Source: Marispirochaeta sp. (GTDB lineage Bacteria; Spirochaetota; Spirochaetia; JC444; Marispirochaetaceae). Taken from it: a stretch of 64,000 bases of DNA. The first letter of the stretch is position 1. Each line of letters opens with the position of its first letter. Under the pieces are notes generated by a model, which ran no database searches, was not told the DNA's origin, and saw only the letters and a list, made by a program, of their open reading frames with translations. A program made the translations under genes and the position numbers. The DNA is taken from assembly GCA_963676835.2 (NCBI GenBank), contig CAXXFF010000003.1, forward strand, positions 832,001 to 896,000, read 5' to 3'. Positions 9,864 through 20,000 of this stretch are shown here, one piece after another.

Positions 9864-11000
9864 ATGAAATACATAAACAGGACGATTGAACCGCTTCTAA
9901 GAGAATATTTATCGATATTTCCTATAGTGGCTGTCACAGGTCCTCGACAATCGGGAAAATCTACTCTTATCCGGGAATTGTTAGGTGATGAATACACGTA
10001 TATAAGTCTGGATGATTATAGAATCATAGAGCTCCTGGATGATGATCCGGAGAGATTCATCAAAACCTATTCTGACAAGGTAATTTTTGATGAGGTTCAG
10101 AAATATCCGAAACTTTTCAACCTGATAAAAAGAAAGGTTGATGAAGGCAGAGATAGATATGGCAGATATGTTCTTACAGGTTCAAGCCAGTTTACCCTGC
10201 AACAGAATGTTTCAGAGACTCTGGCAGGCAGAATAGGGCTTCTGCAGCTTCTGCCCTTTGATATACTCGAAGTTCCAGTATCTGGTACCCATATTGAAAA
10301 CGGCAGCTATCCGGAGCAGGTAGTGCGCAACTTTCACGGCAACGAAGCATGGTATGGTTCATATATAGATACGTACATTCAACGTGATGTCAGGTCTGTA
10401 GCCAATATTGGTGATATACATGATTTTACCCGTTTTATAAAGCTCCTTGCAGCCAATGTTTCACAGCAGCTAAACCTGTCCTATTATGCAAAACACCTGG
10501 GAGTAAGCATTCCCACAATAAAACGCTGGCTTTCAGTGCTTGAGATATCGTATATCATCTATTTACTGAAACCATATTATAAAAATATGAACAAACGGAT
10601 CTTCAAGTCTCCCAAAATTTACTTCTATGATACCGGAGTAGCCGCCTATCTGAACGGAGCAATGGGGACAAAATGGGAAGATGGACCTTTAGCTGGACCG
10701 GTATTCGAAAACTATATTGTATCGGAATGCATAAAGAAAATTGCCCACAGGGGGCTCAGAAATGAGCTCTACTATTTTCGAGAACATAATGGGGATGAGA
10801 TTGATCTGATAATTGAGGATTCGCAGAAAAAGATGTTTCTTGAAATAAAGAACTCCATGACCTTCCGGCCAAGGATGGTTAAACATCTGGAAAAATATAT
10901 GGACTCCGGTACAGAATCATTTTTGATTTATCAGGGAGAAACCATTGATTATACCCGGGATATAAAAGTAGTAAATTTCAGGGAATATCTGCTGAAATAA
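9864..11000 (+). CDS. AAA_14/DUF4143 ATP-binding protein
   Basis: GPRQSGKST, FDEVQK, LTGSSQ, ETLAGR, KIYFYDTG, EIDLII..EIK; start moved from 9846 to MKYINR. Confidence 0.9.
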   Translation: MKYINRTIEPLLREYLSIFPIVAVTGPRQSGKSTLIRELLGDEYTYISLDDYRIIELLDDDPERFIKTYSDKVIFDEVQKYPKLFNLIKRKVDEGRDRYGRYVLTGSSQFTLQQNVSETLAGRIGLLQLLPFDILEVPVSGTHIENGSYPEQVVRNFHGNEAWYGSYIDTYIQRDVRSVANIGDIHDFTRFIKLLAANVSQQLNLSYYAKHLGVSIPTIKRWLSVLEISYIIYLLKPYYKNMNKRIFKSPKIYFYDTGVAAYLNGAMGTKWEDGPLAGPVFENYIVSECIKKIAHRGLRNELYYFREHNGDEIDLIIEDSQKKMFLEIKNSMTFRPRMVKHLEKYMDSGTESFLIYQGETIDYTRDIKVVNFREYLLK

Positions 11001-11005
11001 CAGAG

Positions 11006-11026
11006 AAGGGGGCGACTCCCCCCCTT
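11006..11026. terminator. Hairpin between convergent genes
   Basis: AAGGGGG-CGACTC-CCCCCTT. Confidence 0.5.
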
Positions 11027-11035
11027 AAGACAACC

Positions 11036-11255
11036 TCAGGTCCACTCCGTAAGCTTCGCACCCTGTTTGTCGGTAAATGAGCCGATGATGATCATGATAA
11101 AGTCCACCAGGGCGCCTATACCGAACAGACCTCCGGTGAGCAGCCAGATAACCGGTGCCGATTTTACCGACATAAAAACGATGAACACCTAAAACACCAA
11201 GAAGAAAACATAACAGGAATGCGGGCAAGATCTTCTTTTCTGATATTTCTGCCAT
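11036..11255 (-). pseudogene. TM2 domain protein, frameshifted near 11150
   Basis: [13 protein letters not shown] in one frame; [37 protein letters not shown] continues in another. Confidence 0.8.
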
Positions 11256-11362
11256 AAAAAGCCTCCACTAAATGAGTATAGGGAACAGATTGGGGATGTC
11301 AAAAACATACGCAAGTGAATCTGAAATATGACTGCCGGACAAGGGATTGCGCCCTTCCTTTT

Positions 11363-12088
11363 TTACGATAAAGTAATCTCAAGCTTATGCTTAATCTTCT
11401 CCCAACCCGGGATTACAAACTCAAGAAGCTGATAAAATTCCGGACTATGATCATGGTATTTCAGGTGACACAGCTCATGCGTAACAACATAGTCGATGCA
11501 TTCTTTAGGCGCTCTTATCAGGTCTGTATTAAGGGTTACTGTGCCCTTGCCTGTAAGGCTGCCCCATCTTTTTTGCATTCGCTTAATGGATAGTTTTGGC
11601 TGATCAATGCCGAGACCATTAAATTTCTGCCGGCAGCGATCCATGCTTTCTGCAAATTGAAGTTGTGCCTTTTCCAAATACCATTGGTTCAATAGCTTCC
11701 TGGCAGCATTTGGAGTCGGTTCGTTCCGGCACGTGATATGAAAAAAGCCACGAGACAGTTTCACTGAGTTTTCCGTTCCTTCGGCTAACTTTAAGCGGTA
11801 TTGTTTGCCAAGGTACAAGTGGGTCTCACCATTCACAAAACAGCGGTCAGGAGTCTTTGGATTAAACTGCTTGAAATAATTCAGCTGCCTGAGAATCCAT
11901 CGAGCCCGTTTCATTATTTTCTTTTCGATCAATGCAATATCGGACTGTACGGGCGCTTTGACCATAACCGTGCTGTCTGGATGCACAGCAATTTCCATAG
12001 TCTTCCGATCAGAATACAAAATTCTATAGTCAATGGTTTTCTGGCCGTAGATAACAGAGTGTTGAATGCTATTCCCCATAGCCTCCAT
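11363..12088 (-). CDS. M48/YgjP (DUF45) family metallopeptidase
   Basis: KRWGS, YVVTHELCHL, HSPEFY; usual position after hsdR. Confidence 0.9.
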   Translation of the reverse strand: MEAMGNSIQHSVIYGQKTIDYRILYSDRKTMEIAVHPDSTVMVKAPVQSDIALIEKKIMKRARWILRQLNYFKQFNPKTPDRCFVNGETHLYLGKQYRLKLAEGTENSVKLSRGFFHITCRNEPTPNAARKLLNQWYLEKAQLQFAESMDRCRQKFNGLGIDQPKLSIKRMQKRWGSLTGKGTVTLNTDLIRAPKECIDYVVTHELCHLKYHDHSPEFYQLLEFVIPGWEKIKHKLEITLS

Positions 12089-15000
12089 CAGTTATAACTC
12101 CTGTGCTTTGCTACCTGCAGAACCTTCTCAATTATATCATCCATCTGATCAAGGGATAGTTCGATCCCTCTCTCTGTCTTAAGCTCATCATAGAGATAGT
12201 CGTCAATTTCATTAACCGCTTGTTTCTGAGCGTCTTCATCATCCCAGAAGTGAACCTTCTTGTGTTTTTCCAATATGCCATGAATAGCAATTGCTGTATC
12301 AGCCGCAGCCGATTCAAGGTCTTCTTCACCTAAATCGTGTTTTTCAAGGAAAGGCATAAGCACTCCGAAATAGGCCATGGCATCTTCATTCCCTGAAAGT
12401 TTATCCGGTATTTCATCATGCACCTTGCCGACAACCTTGTCGCAGATATCTACTACCATATTCAGATAATTCAGATCAGATATTCTCTTGGCTCGGAAAT
12501 CTTCAATCGCATGCTGGATCAGTTTTGAAAACTTCTCGTAAAACGCAGGGTCTTCATCCATCTTTTCAGTGATGACTTTCTTTGTGGCATGAGCAATTGT
12601 ATCAGCTTTTGACCCTGTGGTTTTTTTGGAACCATAGACGCCCTGATCTTCTTTTACTTGTATAAAGGAATCATCATCAAATATATTGACTGGCTTGTTA
12701 AGCTGTATCACTTCATTAGCCTGGATATGTGTGTCCAACAGTTTTTTAATTTTGGGCTCATAATCCCGGTAGTCAATAGCCTCAGCATATCGGAGTTTGA
12801 CAGACGCCTTGAGTGACTGGAATTTCCGAAGACCAGCTTTGTATCTGGACAAAGTATTCTCATCGGTTTCGTTCAGGAACTTCTCGGAGGAGAGTGCGAC
12901 ACCAAGGGTTTTCCCGAACTCCGAAAGACGAGCGTAAAACTCTTCTCTCAGCTCATCATCGGCAAGCAACACTTCATAGGCTTCTTCATCGTATGAGTGC
13001 TTAACTGTTTTGAAGATATCCCAAAGATCGGAATACCTCCCCGGTAACTTTTCAATTTCACTATTTATTGATGTAAGCGTACCTACCAGATCCGATTCAT
13101 CGAAGCCTTCAAAAGCACTATACATGGTAAGCGCTTTGTCCAATTCACCCAGGACGCTTGCATAGTCGACGATAAAGCCAAATTCTTTATTCTCATGGAG
13201 ACGGTTGACCCGGGCAATTGCCTGAAGAAGCGTATGCTCCTTTAAGTTTTTACATAAGTATAAAGCTACATTTCGAGGAGCATCAAATCCAGTCAGTAAT
13301 TTGCTAACGACAATAAGAATTTCAGGATCACTACCGTGTTTAAACTGATTGATAAGCTGCTTGGTATACTCCTCTTCACTTCCATAACGTTTCATCATTT
13401 TCTGCCAGAACCTGACGACTTCATCGGTCGCCTCATCATCAGTTTCTTCAAAGCTTTCTCTCATGTCTGGTGGGGAAATAACGACTTCAGAATGCACAAA
13501 GCCAATTTCATTTAAGAAATTGTAATATTTTAGTGCAGAAGGCTTGTTTGGAGCCACCAGCTGGGCCTTGAATCCTGTTCCCTGCCAGTTGGATCGGAAG
13601 TGTTCGCTGATGTCAAAAGCCCTCATGTAGATGACCTGATCGGCCTTGTTCAGCATTTCCGCTCGTGCATATTTCCGTTTCAGGTCCGCCTTCTGCTCCT
13701 TGGTCAAGCCCTGTGTGTGTCGCTCAAACCACAGATCAACAGCTTCTCTGTTTTGTGTCATCTCCACATGCCGCCCCTCATACAGAAGCGGAACCACCGC
13801 ACCATCCTCAACGGCCTGTGTGATGGAATAATGGGGCTCAACCAATTCACCGAATTTGGTGAAGTTGTTCTTTTCTTTCTTTAAAAGCGGAGTCCCGGTA
13901 AATCCCAAATAACAGGCATGGGGAAACATCTGTCTCATCCGAGCGGAAAAGGAACCGAACTGGGTACGGTGGCTCTCATCCACCAGAATGAAAATATCGG
14001 GCGATTCATCCTGATATTTCTTTACCGCATACGCCTTGTCGAATTTATGAATAAGGGTTGTGATAATGCCTGACTTCTTTTCAGCGACCAATTCCAGCAG
14101 ATTTCTGCCTGATGTTGCCCGGTTTGCTTCAAGGCCACAGGCGGCAAAGGTATTCCCAAGCTGCTTGTCGAGGTCGTCACGGTCTGTCACAAGAACAATT
14201 CGTGGATTCAAGATTCCAGGACCTAAGGCCAGGTTACGGGCCAGCATCACCATGGTCAAAGACTTCCCTGATCCCTGAGTGTGCCAGATCACACCGCCTT
14301 TACGCGAATTGGTACTATCAAAGTGCTTAACCCGGTTCAGGGTAGACTTGATGACGAAATATTGCTGATAGCGGGCGATCTTTTTGATTCCCCCGTCAAA
14401 CACCGTAAACTTCCACGCCAATTCCAGGAGCCTTTCCGGACGGCAAAGGGAGAAAAGAGATTTATCCTGTTCGGTCACCAGCCTGCTGCCGGTAAACGCT
14501 TCCGGCTTAACATCAAAGGTAGTTGAAATTCTGGTGACAACATCCTCGGCAAGTGGCTGGTTGACGACTGCTGTTAGTTTTTCAAACTCGCGTTCACCGT
14601 TATCCATCTGAGGCTCTTTCCATACACACCAGAATTTTGCAGCGGTTCCCGTTGTTGCGTACATGGCACTGTTTTTATTCAGTGCCAGCACCATTTGACT
14701 GTAAATGAAGAGTTTCGGGATATAGTCATCATTCTGATTTCTAATTGACTGCGATACAGCCTGTTCCACTTCAATATGCGGCGTTTTACACTCAATCACG
14801 CAGAACGGGATACCATTGACAAAGAGAACGATATCCGGACGGGCGGTTTCCGTACTTCTGGAACGCTCAACACTGTATTCGACCGTCACATGAAACTTGT
14901 TGCGACCGGGTCCTTCTCCGGCTCTGGGCCAGTCGATATAGTTTAGGTTGAAGCTTTTTGAGTCGCCCTCAATGGTCTGCTCCATGGCCGTCCCAAGGGT

Positions 15001-15300
15001 AATCAGATCGTAAATAGCCTCATTGGTCTTTAGCAGTCCGTCGTATTTTATATTTTTCAGCTTCTGTATAGCCGACTGTACATTCTCTTCACTAAAGAGA
15101 TACTCACTGCCTTTGTATCGAATGCGGTTTATCTCTTTGAGCTGGTTGCGCAGGATACTTTCCAAGAGGACGTTGGAGTAACGCCCTTGACGTTCTGCCA
15201 GCGCTTTTTCAGGCGAAATGTATTCATAACCCATCGAAATCAATAATTGCAGGGCTGGTATCTGGCTTGTCAGTTTTTCGTTGATTACAAAATCACGCAT
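12088..15300 (-). CDS. hsdR: Type I restriction endonuclease subunit R
   Basis: RPDIVLFVNGIP..IECK nuclease, WHTQGSGKS, DESHR, FTGTP, LLTGFDAP, QAIARVNR. Confidence 0.97.
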   Translation of the reverse strand: MRDFVINEKLTSQIPALQLLISMGYEYISPEKALAERQGRYSNVLLESILRNQLKEINRIRYKGSEYLFSEENVQSAIQKLKNIKYDGLLKTNEAIYDLITLGTAMEQTIEGDSKSFNLNYIDWPRAGEGPGRNKFHVTVEYSVERSRSTETARPDIVLFVNGIPFCVIECKTPHIEVEQAVSQSIRNQNDDYIPKLFIYSQMVLALNKNSAMYATTGTAAKFWCVWKEPQMDNGEREFEKLTAVVNQPLAEDVVTRISTTFDVKPEAFTGSRLVTEQDKSLFSLCRPERLLELAWKFTVFDGGIKKIARYQQYFVIKSTLNRVKHFDSTNSRKGGVIWHTQGSGKSLTMVMLARNLALGPGILNPRIVLVTDRDDLDKQLGNTFAACGLEANRATSGRNLLELVAEKKSGIITTLIHKFDKAYAVKKYQDESPDIFILVDESHRTQFGSFSARMRQMFPHACYLGFTGTPLLKKEKNNFTKFGELVEPHYSITQAVEDGAVVPLLYEGRHVEMTQNREAVDLWFERHTQGLTKEQKADLKRKYARAEMLNKADQVIYMRAFDISEHFRSNWQGTGFKAQLVAPNKPSALKYYNFLNEIGFVHSEVVISPPDMRESFEETDDEATDEVVRFWQKMMKRYGSEEEYTKQLINQFKHGSDPEILIVVSKLLTGFDAPRNVALYLCKNLKEHTLLQAIARVNRLHENKEFGFIVDYASVLGELDKALTMYSAFEGFDESDLVGTLTSINSEIEKLPGRYSDLWDIFKTVKHSYDEEAYEVLLADDELREEFYARLSEFGKTLGVALSSEKFLNETDENTLSRYKAGLRKFQSLKASVKLRYAEAIDYRDYEPKIKKLLDTHIQANEVIQLNKPVNIFDDDSFIQVKEDQGVYGSKKTTGSKADTIAHATKKVITEKMDEDPAFYEKFSKLIQHAIEDFRAKRISDLNYLNMVVDICDKVVGKVHDEIPDKLSGNEDAMAYFGVLMPFLEKHDLGEEDLESAAADTAIAIHGILEKHKKVHFWDDEDAQKQAVNEIDDYLYDELKTERGIELSLDQMDDIIEKVLQVAKHRSYN

Positions 15301-15301
15301 A

Positions 15302-15680
15302 CTATTCTTTCACCTCCCAATAGCCGCCCAGCTTTGGTCCTCTTCGTATGATGAAGCCAGCTTTCTTCAATTTAGATATATAGTTTTCAACTGTTCTTGG
15401 TGTTTTTCCTAATTTCTCAGCAATCTGCTCGGCTGTGATCTCCGGGTGCTGACGGATAATATCAAAGGCTTTGGCAGGTTCGCTTCCGAGTTCTTTCCGA
15501 ATTCTTTCCGAAATCGTCCCGAAATCATTCCCGCTGCTTTCCGAAACAGGCATTTCGGAAGCTGATACTTTTAGAAGTTCAACCACAACACCACCCGAGT
15601 TTTCTTCAATGACAGGTTCCAAAAGTCCCGCCGCTTTGCAGGCATCGATGATCTTTTCGATACCTCGACCCCATGAATAG
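15302..15680 (-). pseudogene. C-terminal remnant of AlbA_2/RecG-C/HTH protein
   Basis: Startless frame SWGRGIEKIIDACKAAGLLEPVIEE followed by a winged HTH ending GGYWEV. Confidence 0.75.
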
Positions 15681-15683
15681 AGG

Positions 15684-15707
15684 AGTGCTGAATGCTGAGT
15701 GCTGAGT
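15684..15707 (+). repeat. Heptamer tandem array
   Basis: AGTGCTG AATGCTG AGTGCTG AGT. Confidence 0.8.
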
Positions 15708-15715
15708 TGCCTGAC

Positions 15716-16768
15716 CTATAAATCATCACGCTCACCACTATTTAATAACTTTCTTTCATTGAGCCGCTCACGAACTTCTATCAAGGCGTTATGCAGTTTT
15801 TCTTCAAGTAATTCCTTTGGAGGTAGTTCGGTCCAATATTCCGCGACCATGATGTTGTCCTTCTGCATATTTAGCAGTTCCACCTGTTCGGTGCCCGCTT
15901 CAGCGCAGAGGATCAGACCAATAGGAGCTTCTTCACCATCCTGTCGTTCATATTTATTCAGCCAGTTCAGGTAAAGTTCCATTTGCCCTTTAAACCCAGC
16001 TTTAAAGCGGTCGATCTTAAGATCAACCGCCACCAAACGCTTGAGCTTTCGATGATAAAAAAGAAGATCGAGGTAAAAGTCATCGCCATCAATGATCATG
16101 CGTTTTTGCCGTTCGACAAAAGCAAAACCTTTGCCCAGTTCCAGAATGAAGAGCTCCAGCTCTTTCAGCAACGCACATTCCAACTCGTTTTCCAGATACC
16201 CGTCTTTCAACCCTAGAAAATCTAGAAAGTAGGGATCTTTGAAGTGGCCGCTAAGGTGGTCAGCTTTTACTAATTGCAATTTGGCGTCGGCAATCTCTGA
16301 TCGCTCAAACGCTTTACGTTCGATCTGATGCCTCAACTCCCGTTTACTCCATGTTGATTCAATGGCTTGCTGCAAATAGAATAAACGAGCCGCTTCATTT
16401 TTGAGCTTCAGAACTTCAATAAAGTGCGACCAGCTCAATTGTGTCGCCAGTGGCGACACAATCCTAAAATCGGGGAACAGATCTGCAAACTGCATCATTC
16501 TGCGCAAATTTCGTGTTTCAAAGCTTCTGCCATACACCTCCACTAATTGTCGTGCTACTGTACCGATAATCTCTTTACCGTATTCTGCACGATCACCATG
16601 AAGCACCTCTTCATTAATCCGCTTACCAACCTGCCAATAGGTAACTGTCAGCGCACTGTTTACAGCCGCAACAGCCTGCCTTTGACCTTGGTCGATCAAA
16701 GATTTGAGATCCCGCAACAGGTCGTCGGAAGATTGATTAGTTAAGTTGTTTTTCAATTCATCATTCAT
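15716..16768 (-). CDS. YhcG/DUF1016 family PDDEXK nuclease
   Basis: YWQVGKRI, LSWSHF, KDPYFLDFLGL, ELGKGFAFVERQ, YLDLLFYHRKL, GQMELYL, PIGLILC. Confidence 0.93.
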   Translation of the reverse strand: MNDELKNNLTNQSSDDLLRDLKSLIDQGQRQAVAAVNSALTVTYWQVGKRINEEVLHGDRAEYGKEIIGTVARQLVEVYGRSFETRNLRRMMQFADLFPDFRIVSPLATQLSWSHFIEVLKLKNEAARLFYLQQAIESTWSKRELRHQIERKAFERSEIADAKLQLVKADHLSGHFKDPYFLDFLGLKDGYLENELECALLKELELFILELGKGFAFVERQKRMIIDGDDFYLDLLFYHRKLKRLVAVDLKIDRFKAGFKGQMELYLNWLNKYERQDGEEAPIGLILCAEAGTEQVELLNMQKDNIMVAEYWTELPPKELLEEKLHNALIEVRERLNERKLLNSGERDDL

Positions 16769-16787
16769 AACTCATACCTCATCATTC
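16755..16787 (+). repeat. Heptamer tandem array, roughly inverted relative to 15684-15707
   Basis: AATTCAT CATTCAT AACTCAT ACCTCAT CATTC. Confidence 0.75.
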
Positions 16788-16884
16788 TTTCCCCGCCTTG
16801 CGCATTGGCAAAACCGCAAATCCATTTCAGGTAGTCGTCGTGCCAGGATTGCTTCCATTCGATGTTTTGGGATTCAGTGGTCAT
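16765..16884 (-). pseudogene. N-terminal remnant of AlbA_2 (Schlafen-like) protein
   Basis: AAGGAG RBS then MTTESQNIEWKQSWHDDYLKWICGFANAQGG-ERMMRYEL*; stop overlaps the YhcG ATG. Confidence 0.8.
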
Positions 16885-17025
16885 GGACAGAACTCCTTTC
16901 TAACCGCGAAATACGCGAAAAGGGTTGGAACCACGAATGGACACGAATATTTGAACCTCGGAAGGGCACGGAAATGAATTGGCCGGGATTTGAGAAAGAT
17001 GCTTTCGAATTATTCATATAAACCT

Positions 17026-20000
17026 CTATTCGCTGAAGTAACATTTTAATTTTGTTTCGGTCATCTCAATTACAGTTGAATAAACAGATCCCAATAGCCT
17101 TTTCATGTCCGCATTCAGTGCTGCGACCGATACCCCAGGCTGGGCAATGGCAAACTCGAAGCTGACATTACTATATTTCAGGGCCTTACTTACTTGTTTT
17201 AATGTATCAAGGTTTCCGTGGTAAAATCTCTTCTCTTTGAGTACTCCGGTTCCATCTCTTCTTTCCAGATGCCGAATGAATTCCTCTGGCTTCCATTTGT
17301 ATCGAAGGGAAACAATTGCTTGCCCGCAGACTTCGTATAAATCGGACAGCCTAGCACCCGATTCAGCCTTGGAATATTTGCAGTGGACCAATTCAAACCG
17401 GATTTCATCGTCATCCATGAAAATGGCAACGATGTCGGCTGATTCTCCTGAGTTATCATCATTGAAGACTATCTTTGCACCGGAATTCACTAAACGCGTC
17501 ATCATATATTCCTGGATAGAACCATCACGAGGATTGCTGCTTTTGTAATATGACTCAACGGTATAGTCTACTCCATCCCAACTAAGCGCTTTGATACGAT
17601 CTGATGGAATGTCTTGGACATCGCAATCACCATAATCTGTATGTACGCATCCAGAGATGGTGCATCCGTTTAGCAAGAACATCGTTGGGGGATTTTCCTG
17701 AAAAAATTGTTTTAATGGTATTGCCGTAGATTTAAGCCCCTCGACGCTGACATTGACATCATCGAGTCCCTCAATGCTAAATCCCTTTTCTCCTCCAAGA
17801 ACAACCGAAAAGGAGAATGACTCATCAATGAGCTTTAACTCAAAGTTCGCACTCTTATCCTGAATTTCTGTGTGATTGAGCGATGCTTCTGCAAGTAAGA
17901 ATGTTTTTTCTAGCGGAAGCTCTAAAGTTATTTTATGTATTCTGTCGTAAAGACTATCCGCCCAGTCTGCTGCCAGTACGGTAATTCCATCTGGGTAGGA
18001 TTCTTCTAAATTTGTTTTTTTAGCCGAATCTTCTAGGAGGAGATTGGAATCGATATTTTCATCGGTAACCATTGCGCCAATTTCTAAGCACCATGCTTTC
18101 CATTCTTTTAAATCTCCAGCTCTGGCAGGACTCCATATTTTACCTTTTACCGAGGCTCCAATGCTAACGGGAAATCCATTTCGAAAACCAACTCCAACAA
18201 AGTCCGACTTGTCGCACCGTCCCCCGGTTTTCCACTTTGTTAGTTCTGTGGTGACATCAGCTCCGCTCAATCTTGAATATCTGTGGAGATGATTTGCTGG
18301 CTTAAATATCCCTGCGTGAACAATGCACAGTCGCTTAATAGAGTCAAAAGACCTAAATACCCTGTCACCTTTAATGGGGGAGGGTTCGGTTCCGGTGACC
18401 GCCTCTACTAATGCTTCTACATCCAAACGCTTTTCAGAAAATCCTATATACAAAATATTACTGTCGGCATCATGATGCATCACCACCAAATCCCAAGTCT
18501 GATTCCGCATCTCATTTGCCCGAGCCCATTTTACTTTCTCCCGTTTCTGTGAAGTGAAATAGAAAACATTTTCCTCTGTATTAATGTAGGGCTGAGATAG
18601 TGCATATTTTTTAAGATCGAATGCATCTTGGAATCCTCGCCAGTCGACTTTAGCGCATCTGTAACAAATGCAACTGAGAGCTGGATAAACGAGCTTAGGG
18701 TTCAATGTGATGTCAGGCGAATCAAACCCTGCATACGGTTTACATCCTTGCAAAAATGACAGAAGAGACTCTGCTTCGGCCTTCTTTGCATCTGCGATTT
18801 CTTTGATAACCTCTTCCCATCCAGAGCCTTCTTGTAGAAGGTTTTCCAGCTCCACAGACATTTTCTCCTCAGCATAGTTTACAACAAATGAGGCATCGCC
18901 CAAGCCTTGCTGGGTGCGAGTAAAGCGTCCGATAAACTGTAGTAGTACTGAAAGCGACTTGTGAATTCCGTGAACTGCAGCGATTTTAAAGTTTGGGTAA
19001 TCAAATCCTTCCTTAAGCATCTCTACACAGACAACGATGGTGAACTCGTCATTTCTAATTCGCTGGATGAGCTGTTTTTTATTTTTGGTCTGAGAATGAA
19101 TAAGGACGATTGTTTCATCAGGAAACCATTCTTTATACTTCTCAAATAATGTTTCTGCTTTAGGTCGGGATTCTACACGTACCATTATCCGGTGCCGCGT
19201 AAATCCGTTAGCCCTGTCTTCTCGGAGGCGTTGCATTGCCACGTCAGCAATTGCCCGATCTTTCTTTTTCGGATGAAGCTCGTCGACTGTCAGCAGGGAA
19301 ATCTTGGAAAAACAATCATCCTCAATTGCTTGAGATAGAGGGTAATTGTAGACGACTTTTCCTTCAATAGGGATTCTGTCATTGCGGTAGGGCGTTGCTG
19401 TGAATTGGACAATTTTTGAACCGCTGAAAAGCCCTTTGATAGAATCCCATTCCTTGGCAACGACATGGTGTGCTTCATCAAAATATACGTGTGAAAAAAT
19501 ATCCGGAAGTTTTGCTTTTATGTCTTCATGAGCGCGAGCAAATAATGCTGGAGTTGATACGACCACATCTGCTGTTTTTAGGGTCTCGATAGATGCGGTA
19601 TCTGGTAAGGTTTTGTCCAGAACCAGCACTTTGGGGTTTAGAGCATCCTTCGGTATCACTCCCAGTTTTCTGAGAATGCCCCAGGTCATAAATTTTTCGG
19701 CAATTTGATCTTTGAGATCTCGTGTCGGAATAATAACCAAGGTTCTATTTGCATTATCCGCAAGCGTTGCAACCAGCATCGTTTCTGTTTTTCCGGTTCC
19801 GGTCGGAAGGACTACGGTGGCTACTTCATTAGATAAAGACCAATGTGCGAGCAAAGCATAGGTTGCTCCAAGTTGAGCTGGTCTTAATTTCCAGCCTTCG
19901 TCACCAACTCCCTGAATATTGACTCCGGCAAAGAAGGATAGACCATGACTGGCAGTATGTTTCACGCATCCTTGAATAGTATATGTTCCCTTATTCTTTC

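Noticed and set aside
14582..14618. In-frame repeat insertion in hsdR (KEPQMDNGEREF)
   Set aside because: Only faint resemblance to short cassette-end repeats; too degenerate to support without an alignment
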